Origin: the human T2T-CHM13v2.0 reference genome, Homo sapiens
DNA length: 64,000 nucleotides
Reading direction: 5' to 3' (one strand)
Assembly: GCF_009914755.1 (NCBI RefSeq)
Contig: NC_060925.1
In this document: one piece after another, positions 29,219 through 43,134 of the stretch
Numbering within the stretch: the first letter of the stretch is position 1
Layout: every line of letters starts with the position of its first letter
Program-made: the position numbers and the translations under genes
The notes under the pieces: model-generated
Seen by the model: only the letters and a program-made list of their open reading frames with translations
The model's database searches: none
What the model was told of the DNA's origin: nothing

Positions 29219-29770
29219 TTAATCAGCCTGTGAAGTCCCCTCCAGGTCACACAGGGTGAATCTTGGGAAGGCAGACTGGAGATTCTGCTCCCCCTGTTAT
29301 CTCTGTCTTGTCTTTAGAGTTGGTCCAGTGCACCTGGGTGTGTCTGAGATCATGTGCCCCCAGGGGCAGCAGTAGTGAGAAAGACGGTTGTGAAAGGCAC
29401 ATTGTCATGATGGTTTTTCTTTCTGTGGTTTATCCTTATTTCCTGGCTTCGCCCACAAGCACAGATTCTCAGCCTCTTGCCTTTGTCTACTTTCTTTTGA
29501 ACATTTATTTGGAAGCCCTCATTTTGTGCCCATGTTTTTTTTTCCTGGATCTGGATGTGGTTAATAGGAGTGCCCTCAGCCCAACCTGAGTACCTTGTGT
29601 AGATAGTCTGGCTAATTTAACATTCTGAAAGACCTCCTTATAGCCTGATGAGAATCAAAGTCAAGCTGGTAAAGCTACTGTTGCTACTCTGTGCATGCCA
29701 CTCCCCGACCCCTGCAATATTTATTAAAATGTAACCGTTTCAGGGCTCAAGGCTTGAAGCTGCTTATGGA

Positions 29771-30786
29771 TTTTTTTTTTCTTTCTAACACAAAGGAAAA
29801 AAATGGGATACATGTGCAGAACGTGCGGGTTTGTTATATAGATATACCTGTGCCATGGTGGTTTGCTGCACCTATTGACTCGTCCTCTAAGTTCCCTCCC
29901 CTCATCCCTACCCCCAGCAGGCCCTGGTGTGTGTTTCCCTCTCTGTGTCCATGGGTTCTCGTTGTTCAACTTGCACTTACGAGTGAGAATATGAGGCATT
30001 TGGTTTTCTGTTCCTGTGTTAGTTTGCTGAGGATGATGGCTTCCAGCTTCACCCATGTCCCTGCAAAGGACATGATCTTTATGGCTGCATAGTGTTGCAT
30101 GGAGTATATGTACTACATTTTCTTTATCCATTCTATCATTGATGGGCATCTGGGTTGGTTCTAAGTCTTTGCTATTGTAAATAGTGCTGCAGTAAACATA
30201 TGTGTACATGTGTCTTTATAGTAGAATGATTTATATTCCTTTGGGTACATACACGGTAATGGGATTGCTGGGTCAAATGGCATTTCTGGTTCAGCATCCT
30301 TGAGGAATCACCATGCTGTCTTCCACAATGGTTGAACTAATTACAACAAAAGCCAAAATTGATAAATTGATAAAGTTGATCTAATTAAACTAAAGAACTT
30401 CTGCACAGCAAAAGAAACTATCATCAGAATGAACAGGCAACCTATAGAATGGGAGAAAATTTTTGCAATCTACCCATCTGACAAAGGTCTAATATCCAGA
30501 ATTTACAAGGAACTTAAACAAATTTACAAGAAGAAAGCAACCCCATCAAAAAGTGGAGAAAGGATATGAACAGACACTTCTCGAAAGAAGACATTTACGT
30601 GGCCAACAAACATGAGAAAAAGCTCAACAACACTGATCATCAGAGAAACGCAAATCAAAACCACAATGAGATACCACCACACGCCAGTCAGAATGGCGAT
30701 TATTAAAAAGTCAGGAGACAGTGGATGCTGACGAGACTGTGGAGAAATGGGAATGCTTATACACTGTTGGTAGGAATGTAAATTAG
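29771..30786 (-). mobile_element. L1PA (L1PA8A-like) 5'-truncated, 5'-inverted insertion
   Basis: T tail and L1 3'UTR/ORF2 end on - strand to ~30342, then ORF2 sequence on + strand 30343-30786; TSD tgcttatgg at 29761-29769 and 30787-30795. Confidence 0.88.
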
Positions 30787-32751
30787 TGCTTATGGTTTTT
30801 AAAAGGCTTCCAGAGCAGGGGACCCATATATTTAGTCCCATAGAACACATCCCTTAACCTGCCTCTTAGCATTTCATCTATCCTTCCTTATATAAGTTCT
30901 TTCTTCTGGAGTTGGGACAGGAGGTGTCTTGTTATTTGGGTAGAAAGGAGAAAGAATGGGTGGGTATGTGGACAAACGGTGCAGGGAAATAGATAGCATG
31001 GGAAGTGTTGCCACAGCTCTATGGAAACTACTTGGATATTATGATTAATGGATAGTCAAACATCTCTCAAATAAATATCAAAGAGTGATCTTCCTTTAAA
31101 GGTTATTGTTCCCAAGTTTATCCCTCTCTTGGTGCCCTGGCTCTGGTTTCTTTTCTTCTAAGTTGCCCCTTTGATTACTTGTCATGTGAATATCAAGGCC
31201 TGATCCTTCCTCTGTGTGAGCTCCAAGGGGCCGCCTTCCAGTGGAGCTTTGTAGAATCATATGTGTCATAGAGAACAGGTTTTAATGCTGGGCTGCTGTT
31301 AGGCTTTAGCGCTAGTGCTGAGAGGCCCCACAAAGAGCTGAACCTACTGATGAGGCCTCTCCCAAATCTAATCAGAGATGGGGGAAAATTTGGGTGCTGG
31401 GAAGAGCAGATCATCTCAGTGATTTTAATGCCCACCTTTATTTGCAAAGTGAAAGGAGAAATATATTTCCCTATTGCATTTCCTACCCTTCACTTGTCAG
31501 GCATATTTGATATATTTTTTTTTGTTTTCATTTAAAAAAAATTCCAAAAACACCATGTCAAATATGTCAAATATTTATTTTTTAAAAAGTAGGCCAAGTA
31601 TTAATGTCTTTCTGCTAAATCTAGTGGGTTCTCTCTCACCCACCCCCGCTCCAACCAGGTGTTTGCAGAAAGGATCTTTTTTTTTTTTTCCGGAAAGGAT
31701 CTTTATCCAGAAAGGAATTTTAAACCTCAGAGTTAAGTTCTTCTTCACCTCAGTGCTTCCCTCACTAAACATCATCCTTACCCAGAATGTATTTCATAGA
31801 GTGTTCCTCTTTCCATCCTTTGATGCTTTATGACCCATGAAAATAATGAAAAGTATTTGTTTCGGGCCCCTAGTATTACCAGGTTTAGGTACTATTGCTA
31901 TCCTGCATCTTTTTCATTCTTATCTCTGTGCTGTAATTCTATCTCCCTTCTTGAGTATCTCACAACTGGAGACAAGTGAGTTATCTTCCCTAGAACTCTT
32001 AACTTACCCTAAGTGTAAGGCTCTGGATAGACACTCAAGGGCTTTTGGAATGTCCACTCATGGGAGCAGCTGTATTTTGTTGCTAGAATATAAAGACCTC
32101 ATCTTTCAAAATTTCTTTCTTAACAGTTAACAGTTTTAGATTCTTGGATGCTGAATGTTCACCAGTTCTTTCAACTAGATCTGTGTAGTCAGAAGTCCAT
32201 GCTCTTTGGGAAGTCTGAGAAACTTTAGGTGCCATTCCTATCTCCTCTCATTTTGGGGTTCAGATTGTGAGGCAGAATGCCTGTTGAGACTTTCTGAGCG
32301 CATAGGAAGCATTGGAGCAGTGGGATCTGGAGTGGCTTCACCAGGCACCTCAGAGCACAGTGGCAGGCTGAGAACGTCTGTGTGATCTCACACAAAAAGA
32401 CTGTCTGGGAGTTGGAAACCACTCCTGCCTGTGTGTTACTTCCTGCTGCTGGACGTATGTGTGGTATTTGGTGTTGCCACACTAGGTGGGGGATGGAGAA
32501 CAAATTATGTCTGCTCCTTGGATATTAGTTAACCTCATTCAGATGATTCTTGGGTGTCCCATGGGGAAGTAAACCGATTTCCCTGGTTTTGCTGTAGGAC
32601 CTGATTAGTCACATACTGCAGAGAACCAACATGTAGCATAAGGCGCCATTGCCAGCCTGACCAGTGTAGTAGGGAACTGGGTCCCACTTCCGCAGCCCCC
32701 AGCCCTGTCTTCTAGAGTTAGACTGTACATTGCTAACTAGGCTTCCTTTTT

Positions 32752-32754
<3 letters not shown>

Positions 32755-32796
<42 letters not shown>
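32755..32796. repeat. (AAAT)n microsatellite
   Basis: ~10 perfect units. Confidence 0.95.
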
Positions 32797-35700
32797 AGTG
32801 AGTGTGTCTTTTGGATCTCTTCAGATTAGAAAAAAATCTGTATTTGACTTTTCCTATGTTTGTTCTGATTTTGTTCAGTCCTTTACGCTGAAGCAGCTCC
32901 CCCACTCTTCCCACTTAACTCCTATCTTACTTCACCATATCTTTTCTAGTCCATAAATACTACCTTCCATGCTTTATTCTGGTCCTCTAAATCTTTCCTT
33001 TATACTTCTGTTTTTCCTGCCAATCCCCAACTCGTACAGAACCCTACTGTAGGAGAACATAACTGAGAAGAATTTAACTGGGTTTGAATAATTAAATAAA
33101 TTCCCATACGAAGGTATAATAAATAATTTTCTAGATACTTTGTACACATGACACTGAAAAGAGAGGGACATATTCTGTAAAGTAGCTCACTGGGGGAAAA
33201 TTACCATTGCTACATTTTCAGCCTTAAATTGTAAGGAGTGCAGATGGTTAGCCAGCCTATGTTTCTCCCACCCACCTTCGTTTTAAACTATCCTACCCTG
33301 GAAAGATGGATGCTTATAAAATAAATGAAAAAGACTTTACCTTTAGAATGACATAGATTGTGATTGACAGGTCCAGGTAGCTCTTGTGTATGTGAAGGGG
33401 AGTTATATAATGTATTAGGCTTTCTTAATTCATTCCACAAACACCTATTCCTAGTTCTTGTCTGAATCTCCATTTATTTTGCAGCAAAGATGTCCCCAAA
33501 TAAGGTGCTTATATATAGCAACAGATTCTACTTCCTTACATTTTGTTTCAGGACAGCTCACACAGTTTTTTTAACACATTTCAATGGGCCCAGAATCCAT
33601 CGTGGTAGGAAGTAAAACTGTTTTTACATATATATTCGGTCACTTCCCAGTTTTTTCTTTTCTTTTTTTTTTTTTTTTTTCTTGCAAGCTCCTTCTGTCT
33701 GGGCTGACTGAGACCCACATAACATCTCAGCCAGCTGAGTTGGACATTCCCGGGTTTCTGTTGGTGTCTGAATATGTGCAGAGCAGTAGAATATGTGCTA
33801 CTTGAATCTTGCTGTGCGTGAGCTGCTGGAAGTCGCTGTGTCTGACTAGTGTGTAGAAGCTGGGGCTACCTGTGATGGGGAACATGAATATTCGAGGAGC
33901 ACAGGTGGATGTGGGGTGGGGACGTGGGGTGTGCATCGTCACAGAGCCAGCCTGGCCCTCTGGAGAGTTGGAACCCTGTTTCCTTGTCCTGGCCAATGTG
34001 AAACCTTGGGAATAGTTGCAGAGTAGAGAAATCAAAATACACAATCTATTCTCTGCTTGGCCTTTTTACGCCCTGGTGCAAATTGACTAACCTGTGGTTT
34101 TTGATCATCTCTGGTCCAGCGGTTGGGAATCTGTGCTGTCTATAGCATCTGAGTGTTGTGAGAATAAAATGTGAAAATAGGTATGAAAATATATATAAAC
34201 CATAAAGAATTTCCCCATGTTAAAATGATGTGTGTCTTCCAGTGTAGAAGGTTTTATCTTTTCTATATCTGTATATATAAAAAACATTTATTACATATTA
34301 TAAGATACATATGTCTGCATTCAGATGATAAAACTAAGGCCCGGAAATGAAAGTATCTTCCCAAGCTCACACAGCTAATCAGTGGCCTAGCCAGTGCTTG
34401 AATCTTCTCTTTGAATTCTGATATCTAGTAAGCTGAGTGGGGCCCATTGAAGCAGTAGCCAAATTATGGTACTAAGTACCGTCTGATACATTAATTTATT
34501 CAGCAAACATTACGTGCCTGTTGTATCCCCAGCTCCTGGTATTTTGGGTATTAGGTGATTTTTTTTTTTTTTTGTCATTAAAATTTCCTCCCCCCACCCC
34601 CACCCCACAAGTAACTTGTAATGAGCTTCAGAGGCATTTAGCTTTAAAACAAAAATCTTCCTCCCTCTTTTTAACCACACTACCCTTGGTTCTTAGTTTA
34701 AAAATTTAGTTGACATTCCTGTGTGTTTTTATCTTGCAATTGGCCGGAGGGTTATTTATTAGGAAAAGAGATTTTGAATGATTTCAGTAAGTGAACTAGG
34801 AGTTGTGATACACGATTATATTAAATTGCTTATGGTTAGTTTTCCAGGAGGTGATTTAATTGTTCACCTTCCTAAGTCTTCAGTCTTAGGCTTATCCAGT
34901 GGGAGCTGGAAAGCTTTAATAGGCAAGTTTATTGGAACACACTTCCAGAGTCAAATGTCACTCTTGGCAGCTGCAGATGTCAACTGGGACAAGTATTCAG
35001 AGCCTGAGAATTAAGGATATGTGTTAAATATGGCCCTCATAGGCGGCCCCAGGGTTTTTGTTTTTTTTTTTTTACTTTTGCGAACATGTTGACAGAGATG
35101 AGGCTCAGAAGGCAGGTATACATGTGCCTTGTCTTCATTCTCTGCAGAGAGAATGTTTTTAGGGGCTTGGGAAAGTATTTCAACTCGAAGAAAGGACTTA
35201 TAGTTACTAGAATCTTCACATCTGCTTTCTCGAGTGACCTTGAGTCAACCACAGTCTTGTGGGGTAGATGGTATTATTCACCCCTCTTTTGTTACATATT
35301 AACATGACAAAACTAAGACTCAGAGAGGAAGTGCCTTCCCCAAGCACATGCAGCTAGCCAGTGGCACATCCAGTACTTGAACCCTTTTCTCTTTGAATCA
35401 TGCTTTGTACTAAGCTGATCACGGTCCACTGTAGCAGTAGGTGACTTATGGTACTAAGTACCATCTGATACATTAATTTATTCAGCAAACATTGAGTGTC
35501 TGTTGTATCTCTAGTACCTGGCATTGCAAAGATGAGTAAGGCAGTAGACAGATAACTGACATAACCCATGACAGTGCAGTTGCGTAAGTGGCATGATCTG
35601 GAGTGCAGAGTACTGTGGGGACACCCATGAGGGAGCCACAATTGCCTGGGGTAGGGAGTTAGAGGAGGCAGATGACAGGAGGTAATGACTGAGCTGGAGC

Positions 35701-37691
35701 TGGAGGGATGAGCAGGAGTTAGGCAGATTGCAAAGGGGGTGCGGGCATGTGCTGGGTGGCATTTCCAGACAAAATCGGAGGGCTTGGAACAGCAGTGTGT
35801 GCTCACACCTGGTACGTAGCAGGAGTGAGAGGCAGGAACAGCAGTTTGAGGCTTGACAGCCCTGTGTGCGAAGCGAAGCATTTGAATGATGTCTCATTAC
35901 CACTGTATACCACATGTCCTTCCCCTGCAGCTTTGGCTGACATCTGTCATTCTACCCTACTCCTGTTGGCCTTACTTTCTCCCTTTTACCCCTCTCAACG
36001 TTTGCTTTAGGCTGTCAGTGTTTACTGCACCCCATAAAAGGTTAGATCCTCCCACCAGGCCTGATCTGACTACTAGGAGAGACTGTCTGTATCTGCTGGA
36101 GGGATTGAGAGAATTGGTACAGAAGGAGTTTTGTGGATCATGACATCTAGAATTAGCACTCTGAGAAAGAGGGAGTAAGCATGGTATTAGGATTGGAAAA
36201 AGGTTTTTTTCCTTTCAGACCATTACAAAAACTCATGAGTTCAGGATGTATCAGTTGTGTGAATAAGGTGGATGTTTGAAGACCCCACTAGCATGTGTTG
36301 AGTTTACAGCCACTGTGCAAGATGCATCTTAAAGATTGATAGTCTGTGCACTTTTATCCCGAGGTGTGAGGTACTGGACCTCTGTCATAGGGGAGAGAGT
36401 AGAGGCTCAGAGAGGTTAAGTAACCTGCCTGAAGTTGCTCCACCAGTAAGATATGGAACCAAGGATTCACATGTGGGCTGGCCAACCTCTTCATGCCCTG
36501 TGCCTCCTATGTGTGTAGGTGGGTCTGTCACTACTGCCCTGGGTGTCCTGCAGAATGGCTGTGGTTCCCAGTCCACCCCCTTGGGAGCCTTGCCTACATT
36601 AGCTCGATTTGCTGACAGGTGAACAAACAAGCAACCAGCTGCTCTGATAGGCCTGGGAACTTGTCCCCGGAGAGAATGCCCAAGTCCAGGAAGGTTATGC
36701 CAGGTCATGAAGCAGAAGTGTCTGGACATGTCACACAGTCTGCTGAGCCAGCAGTGCCCACTTCATAGCCCTTTCTGTAGGGCCCCTGTGTTGACTCCCT
36801 GCATGGTACTCGTCCCTTAGCCCAGGAGAGGCCCCATGGGAGGAGGGAGAGTTGCAGCAACTTCTGGACCCTGAGCCATAGGAACTTCCCCTTCCCAATC
36901 TCTGAGAAGATGTTCACAGTGACCTGGCCAGGGTCACTGCAAGAAAGAAAATGGAATGCTGATGGGGCAAGGGTGACAGGGAAGCCAGGCATTCCAGCTG
37001 TGTTCAAAGCAGTGACAATGACTGTGGGAGCGGGTCCTGTTTTATATATTCATCATTCTGAGGCCTTCAGGGACTATTTTGTTAGCTACATAAGTGTTGA
37101 AAGGGCTGCGTAAACCAGAAATCAAATTCTGTAGATTGGCATCTGCTGGATAAATCTTCTGCTGGGATTGCTACAACATGTTGAATAACCGTGTGTTTTG
37201 AAGAATGAAAAAGATAAGACAGTTCACTGAGTTGCAACGTTTATGACACAGGGAATGGAGGACTGTAATTAAATCTACATAAAAAGGCCATGTTTTCCAA
37301 GTGTACTTTGAACTTGGGGCAGGTGTTCTGAGTGGGTGGGTGCATCATCTCATTTCCCCCTGCGGAGGAGGCTGCTGGCAACCTGGGAATGGAGGTTAAC
37401 ACCATTTGTTACCCCTGAAGTTTCTGGATGTCTAGAGGAGGACCCCCTTCCCGCGCCCCGCCCCTCCATGCACCAGTCCAGAGCTGTGGTCTCCTTCCTG
37501 TGTTGGAGACTCGCTGCTGGTCCTCCGCTGGTGTCTGAGTTGGTTAACCTTAACTGAACCCCTTAACTGAACTTTTCTTGTTACATGTATTCCAGCTCTC
37601 AGTGAAGTGACATTCTGCCCTCTGGGCCCAGATCCCTGAACCCTTCCCTGCATTTCAGACCTAAATAGCACCCTGTCAGAAAGATCAGTGG

Positions 37692-37968
37692 GGCCGGGAG
37701 CTGTGGCTCACGTCTGTAATCCTAGCACTTTGGGAGGCCAGGGTGGGTGGATCACTTTGAGCCCGGGAGTTTGAGAACATCCTAGGCAACATGGTAAAAT
37801 TCTTGTCTCTACAAAAAAACCCACAAAAAATTAGCAGGGTGTGGTGGTGCATGCCTGTGGTCCTAGCTACTGGGTGGGGAGGAGTAGGGGGAAGCTGAGG
37901 TAGGAGAGAATCACTTGAGCCCAGGAGTTCAAGGCTGAACTAAGTCATGAGTGAGACCCTGTCTCAAT
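37692..37968 (+). mobile_element. AluJ
   Basis: Alu body; TSD aagatca(g/a)tgg. Confidence 0.85.
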
Positions 37969-38569
37969 AAGATCAATGGGTTGGAAGTGAAAGTCCCTTC
38001 CCAAACTCAACTCTGGGGAAGAAGCTCTTGCCTTCTCTGGCCCTCCCCTGCCCACCTTGTCCACCCTGCTTTGCCCATCACAGCAGGCCTCCCGTTCCAC
38101 TGCAATAACCCTCCCCACTAGTCTCCTTGTGCGGGACCAGTCTTTACTCTTCTTTGGGTTGCTGTTTGCGTCAGGGCTCACAGCTTTGAAGGAGGTTCAA
38201 GCCACCATCATATTTTGCTATAGTCCAGACTGCTGGACATTGATCAGTCCTCTGTCCCCACCTTAACCCTGTGCACGCAGTTGCACTGCGGGGCAGATTC
38301 AAGATGCTCACCCTGTGTCCCACTGCTTGTTTTCAGGCTGTGTTGATCACACCTGCCTGCTGCCTTTCAGGATCACCTTCTTAGTTCTTTGTATCCACCT
38401 TTGTCCCCACCCTCCACAGCCTTGTCTTGAAGGCCACATACCACACCTTTGAAGCTGCCCTCTTCCTGTTGAAGCCTTCCTTGCTTTTCCAATTGCTTTT
38501 CTACTGTTGACAAAAGTAGAGGGGACTGTGACCTAGGGTTATAATTCATCTCCCTGCAGTTGTGCATGA

Positions 38570-38903
<334 letters not shown>

Positions 38904-39104
38904 CAGAGTGAATTCTTAACCTTATCTCATATCTATTCGCTATTCTTGACTCCCTTGTTTCTATTATAATCCTTAGAGCCGTGGTGGTCAACTCCAAGAG
39001 AGTAGGAACCAAGTCTGCATGATTTGCCTAAAATACTTGATACTTTACTGGGAGTAAGTATAATACTTGAAACTGCTTTGTTGAGAAAAATAAAAGAAAG
39101 CATC

Positions 39105-39458
39105 TGTCCAGTCTACTATAATAAAATAGCTTAGACTGGGTAATTTATAAACAACAGGAATTTATAGCTCACAATTCTGGAGTCTATGAGGCCCAAGTTC
39201 AAGGCACCAGTAGATTCAGTGTCTGGTGGGGCGCCCATTCTCTGCTTCATAGTTAGTGCCTTTTATGGTCTTCACTTGATGGAAAGGGCAAAAGGTATCC
39301 CCCAAGTCTCTTTTAAAAGGGCGCTAATTCCATTCATGAGGGCTGAGCCTTCATGACCTAATCACCTCCCAGAGGTCCCACCTCTTAACGCTATTGATAC
39401 GTGGATTAAGTTTCAACACAGGCATTTTAGGGGGACACAGGCATGCCAACCTTAGCAG
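39105..39458 (-). mobile_element. MLT1A-like MaLR solo LTR
   Basis: 'tagactgggtaatttataaacaacag...caaggcaccagtagattcagtgtctggtg...ccttcatgacctaatcacctccc'. Confidence 0.78.
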
Positions 39459-39499
39459 CAACTTTTCATATAATTTGTATCCTAAAAACAGTAAAACTC

Positions 39500-39845
<346 letters not shown>

Positions 39846-42117
39846 TTATTACATGCCTGCTAAGATAGGCATTCCCTACCTGGCCATTTTACAGATGAAG
39901 GAACTCAGGTTAAAGGAGGTTAACAACCTTGTCCAAGGTCAGACAGCACATCTGGATTCAGACATCAGCTTGTGTGACTTAAGCTTATTTTTCTCTTCAC
40001 CATGCCAGTCCTGCCTCTAGCAAAATACACGCAGATTTCCTGATACCACTTTTAATTTCAGCAAATTATGTTATCATTTTCAATTAACTGATAATTAGCT
40101 GGCAGTCCTTGGAAGGTAGAAGGAGTTCTGATGGAAGCCCTCATCGTTTTTTATTCTTTCATGACTTCCACTTGAAGGTCCTTGCTTACTGAAATGGAAG
40201 CCATAAGTCCTCTCGTCACCCTTGGTAGAAGGGTGCTAAATCATCCTTGCTAAATACTTGACGGAAACCATCAGTCATCTCGTTTGGCTCTCATCAATCT
40301 CTTTGTTCATATGCACAGGCTCTTAATCTCTGTTTTCCCTTTCTTTAGAGTACCGTAGTCTCAGATGATAAACTTCTCTGAAGCTAATTTCTTCACTGCT
40401 GCCCTGGAGTGTCTCTTCATGCTGCATTCTAAACAAGTGAAGAGCAAAGTTGCTCTTGGTAGGGCAGCCAGGTTCAGGACAGTGCTGCTTCCAGATCAGA
40501 AAACATCCATAGGGTGTAGTCTGGCCCACGCTTGATGTAGGCACAAGGCAGAGGCGAATGGAGATCATGGGAGGTCCTTTGGTGTAAAAACCCCATCTGC
40601 CTGGAGCTTCAGGATTAGCAGTGTTTCACAGCCCGTCTGAAGTGCCAGCACTTGGGAAAACTTACAAGAGAGATGTTTGGGAAGTATTTCAAGCACTGCT
40701 TTGTGTCCTTAAGGAACAGTGAGTGAATGGCCCGTTGCAGGCTGAGTCTGATGTCAGTTTTTGACTTCCGTATAGTAGTACATCAGGTGGCAGCTGGCTG
40801 CAACCCAGCCTCCACTGACTTTAGAGCCAGCCAAGTGAGTTCTAGTTTCAGCCCACAGGTCTTATGTTGTTGCCGAGGGACCTTTACAAGACACTTAAAC
40901 CCTTAGTTTCCTCTTGTAAATGAGAATTTTAAAAAGTTCCCGACACAGAGAGAGAGGCCATCAATAAATGTTGGATACCTTCCCTTTCACTTCCCTTTTT
41001 ATGGTTTTTGAAATTTGGAAAAGAAGCTTGTCAGATCTGTGTGTAGAAATAATAAATAATAGGACTTCCCTGTGTAGAAAAGAAAAACTTTATTTTTTAG
41101 GGATTTTGTTAGGCATTTGCCTACTTAGAGATGGTTCTGATGGTCTTGTTCTCAACTGTCCCCAGCCAGATGGGGAACATAGGAAACCTATTATGTGCGA
41201 GCCAATGGGTCCAGAGAAAAGAGATAGACAGCTATTGTGATGTCTATCAGAGGACACTGTCTTCTCCCGTGCCAGGTGCCAGGTGTGCTGAAGATCTACT
41301 TTGCAGATTGACCCCATAAGGATTTATGCACTTGAGGGCTCATCTCTGGAGACACATGGAAAATTAGCAAGGCAAAAGTTTGGAGTAAAGATGTCTGCAC
41401 AGAGTGGGCAGCTTGTGTGTTGGAGAACAAGCCATGTTGGCCATTTGTTGTGAATGGCGTGAGGAAAAATGCTTCAGAAACATAGACTTTTCTGGATCTG
41501 CAAGCACCAGCATTTTTGGTGTTCTTTTTTACTTCAGTTTTAGATTTGCAGCAGTATTATTGTTTCCTGATTTTGTTAAGCAGATCTTCAGTATTTCATC
41601 AGCAGTATGGGTTAAGTTGGCATTAGAAGCTATGCTGGGAACCTAATCCTCACCCGTTTGTCTGGGAAAATGTGTTTCCGTGTTGCACAGTGAGTGAACT
41701 TTTTGATGGCAGTGTGTTTGTAAGTTGGGGACTGCCTGTAGGGCATTTTGTAAAGAAGAGAACATTCTTTTCAAACCAAGGGCTTCTGAGAGATAAAGGG
41801 AGTTGTCATTGGAACCACATGCTAAAAAAGCATGCTTGAAATTAGTTTTGATTTTACCTTAGTACAGTTGAGCTGAAATAACCTCTAGCAGGGTTCTCTA
41901 GCAATACAGAATATTAGTAGTAGACTCATGGAGGTCATCTAGTGGTTTCTGATGGAGAGTTTACAGACTGATTTGGTTTGTGATGAAAATTACATTCTCT
42001 GAAATTTATATAGAAAGCATGTATTATATATCACTTATATAACGTGTTTGTTAAATATGGCAGTCACCTTATGTGTTTTATAAAAAGTCATGTAGTTTTT
42101 TAGTAGTTCCTGCCTTA

Positions 42118-42397
42118 TTTTTTTTCCTTCTTTTCTTTTAAGACGGAGTTTTGCTCTGCAATCTTGGCTCACTGTAACCTCCACCTCCCGTGTTCAAGTG
42201 ATTCTTCTGCCTCAGCTTTCCAAGTAGCTGGGATTACAGGCACCTACCACCATGCCCGGCTAATTTTTGTATTTTTAGTAGAGACAGGCTTTCACCATGT
42301 TGGTCAGGCTGGTCTCGAACTCTTGACCTCAGGTGATCCACCCGCCTTGGCCTCCCAAATTGCTGGGATTACAGGCATGAGCCACCGCGCCCAGCCG
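42118..42397 (-). mobile_element. AluS
   Basis: TSD cctgccttattttt. Confidence 0.88.
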
Positions 42398-42817
42398 GGT
42401 CCTGCCTTATTTTTCAATATCCAGGTACATGACTCCACCAGGTCCTAGGTCTGCCACCTCTTTGTGCCTTCTTTGGCTTTTGTGATGGTCACACCCAGGG
42501 TGCCAAGTGAGAACAGTTTTTTTTTAAATGATATTTCAGAAACAAATGTTTTATTAATTATTTTTATAGGTATCAGTATATTGTGTATGGGGTTTAGGAT
42601 TTCACCTCATTATGCTTCAGCCTGATTATTGGGTATACAAAAAGTAATTAGAATAGAATAGTATAAAGAAGAAAAAACTTTCATGACCCAAACCTAACCA
42701 TTAACTAATAGTTAACACTGTTACATTTCTTTCTAAACTTCTTAAAATGTATGTATGGAACTTACATATATAAGTAAGGTTTTAGACAAAAAGGTTTTGG
42801 ATAAAATTGAGATTTTA

Positions 42818-43134
42818 GTTTTATTTATTTTAATTTTTATTTTTTAGAGACACAGTCTTACTCTTTCACTCAGGCTGGAGTTCATTGGCATGATCATAGC
42901 TCACTGCAGCCCCGACCTCCTGGACTTAAGTGATCCTCCCACCTTAGCCTCCTGAGTGTCCAGGACTACAGGGTGAGCCACCATGCCTGGCTAATTTTTA
43001 TTTTTTCTACTTTTTGTAGAGATGAGGGTCTCACTGTGTTGCCCAGGTTGGTCTTGAACTCCTGGCCTCAATTGAGCCTCCCATCCCAGCTCCCAAAGTA
43101 TTGGGATTACAGGTGTTAGCCACTGTGTCTGGCC
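42818..43134 (-). mobile_element. AluJ
   Basis: TSD aaaattgagatttta; followed by (CA)n at 43149-43173. Confidence 0.88.

Noticed and set aside
29724-30850. 161-aa and 108-aa ORFs
   Set aside because: Off-frame or antisense translations of the truncated L1 fragment.
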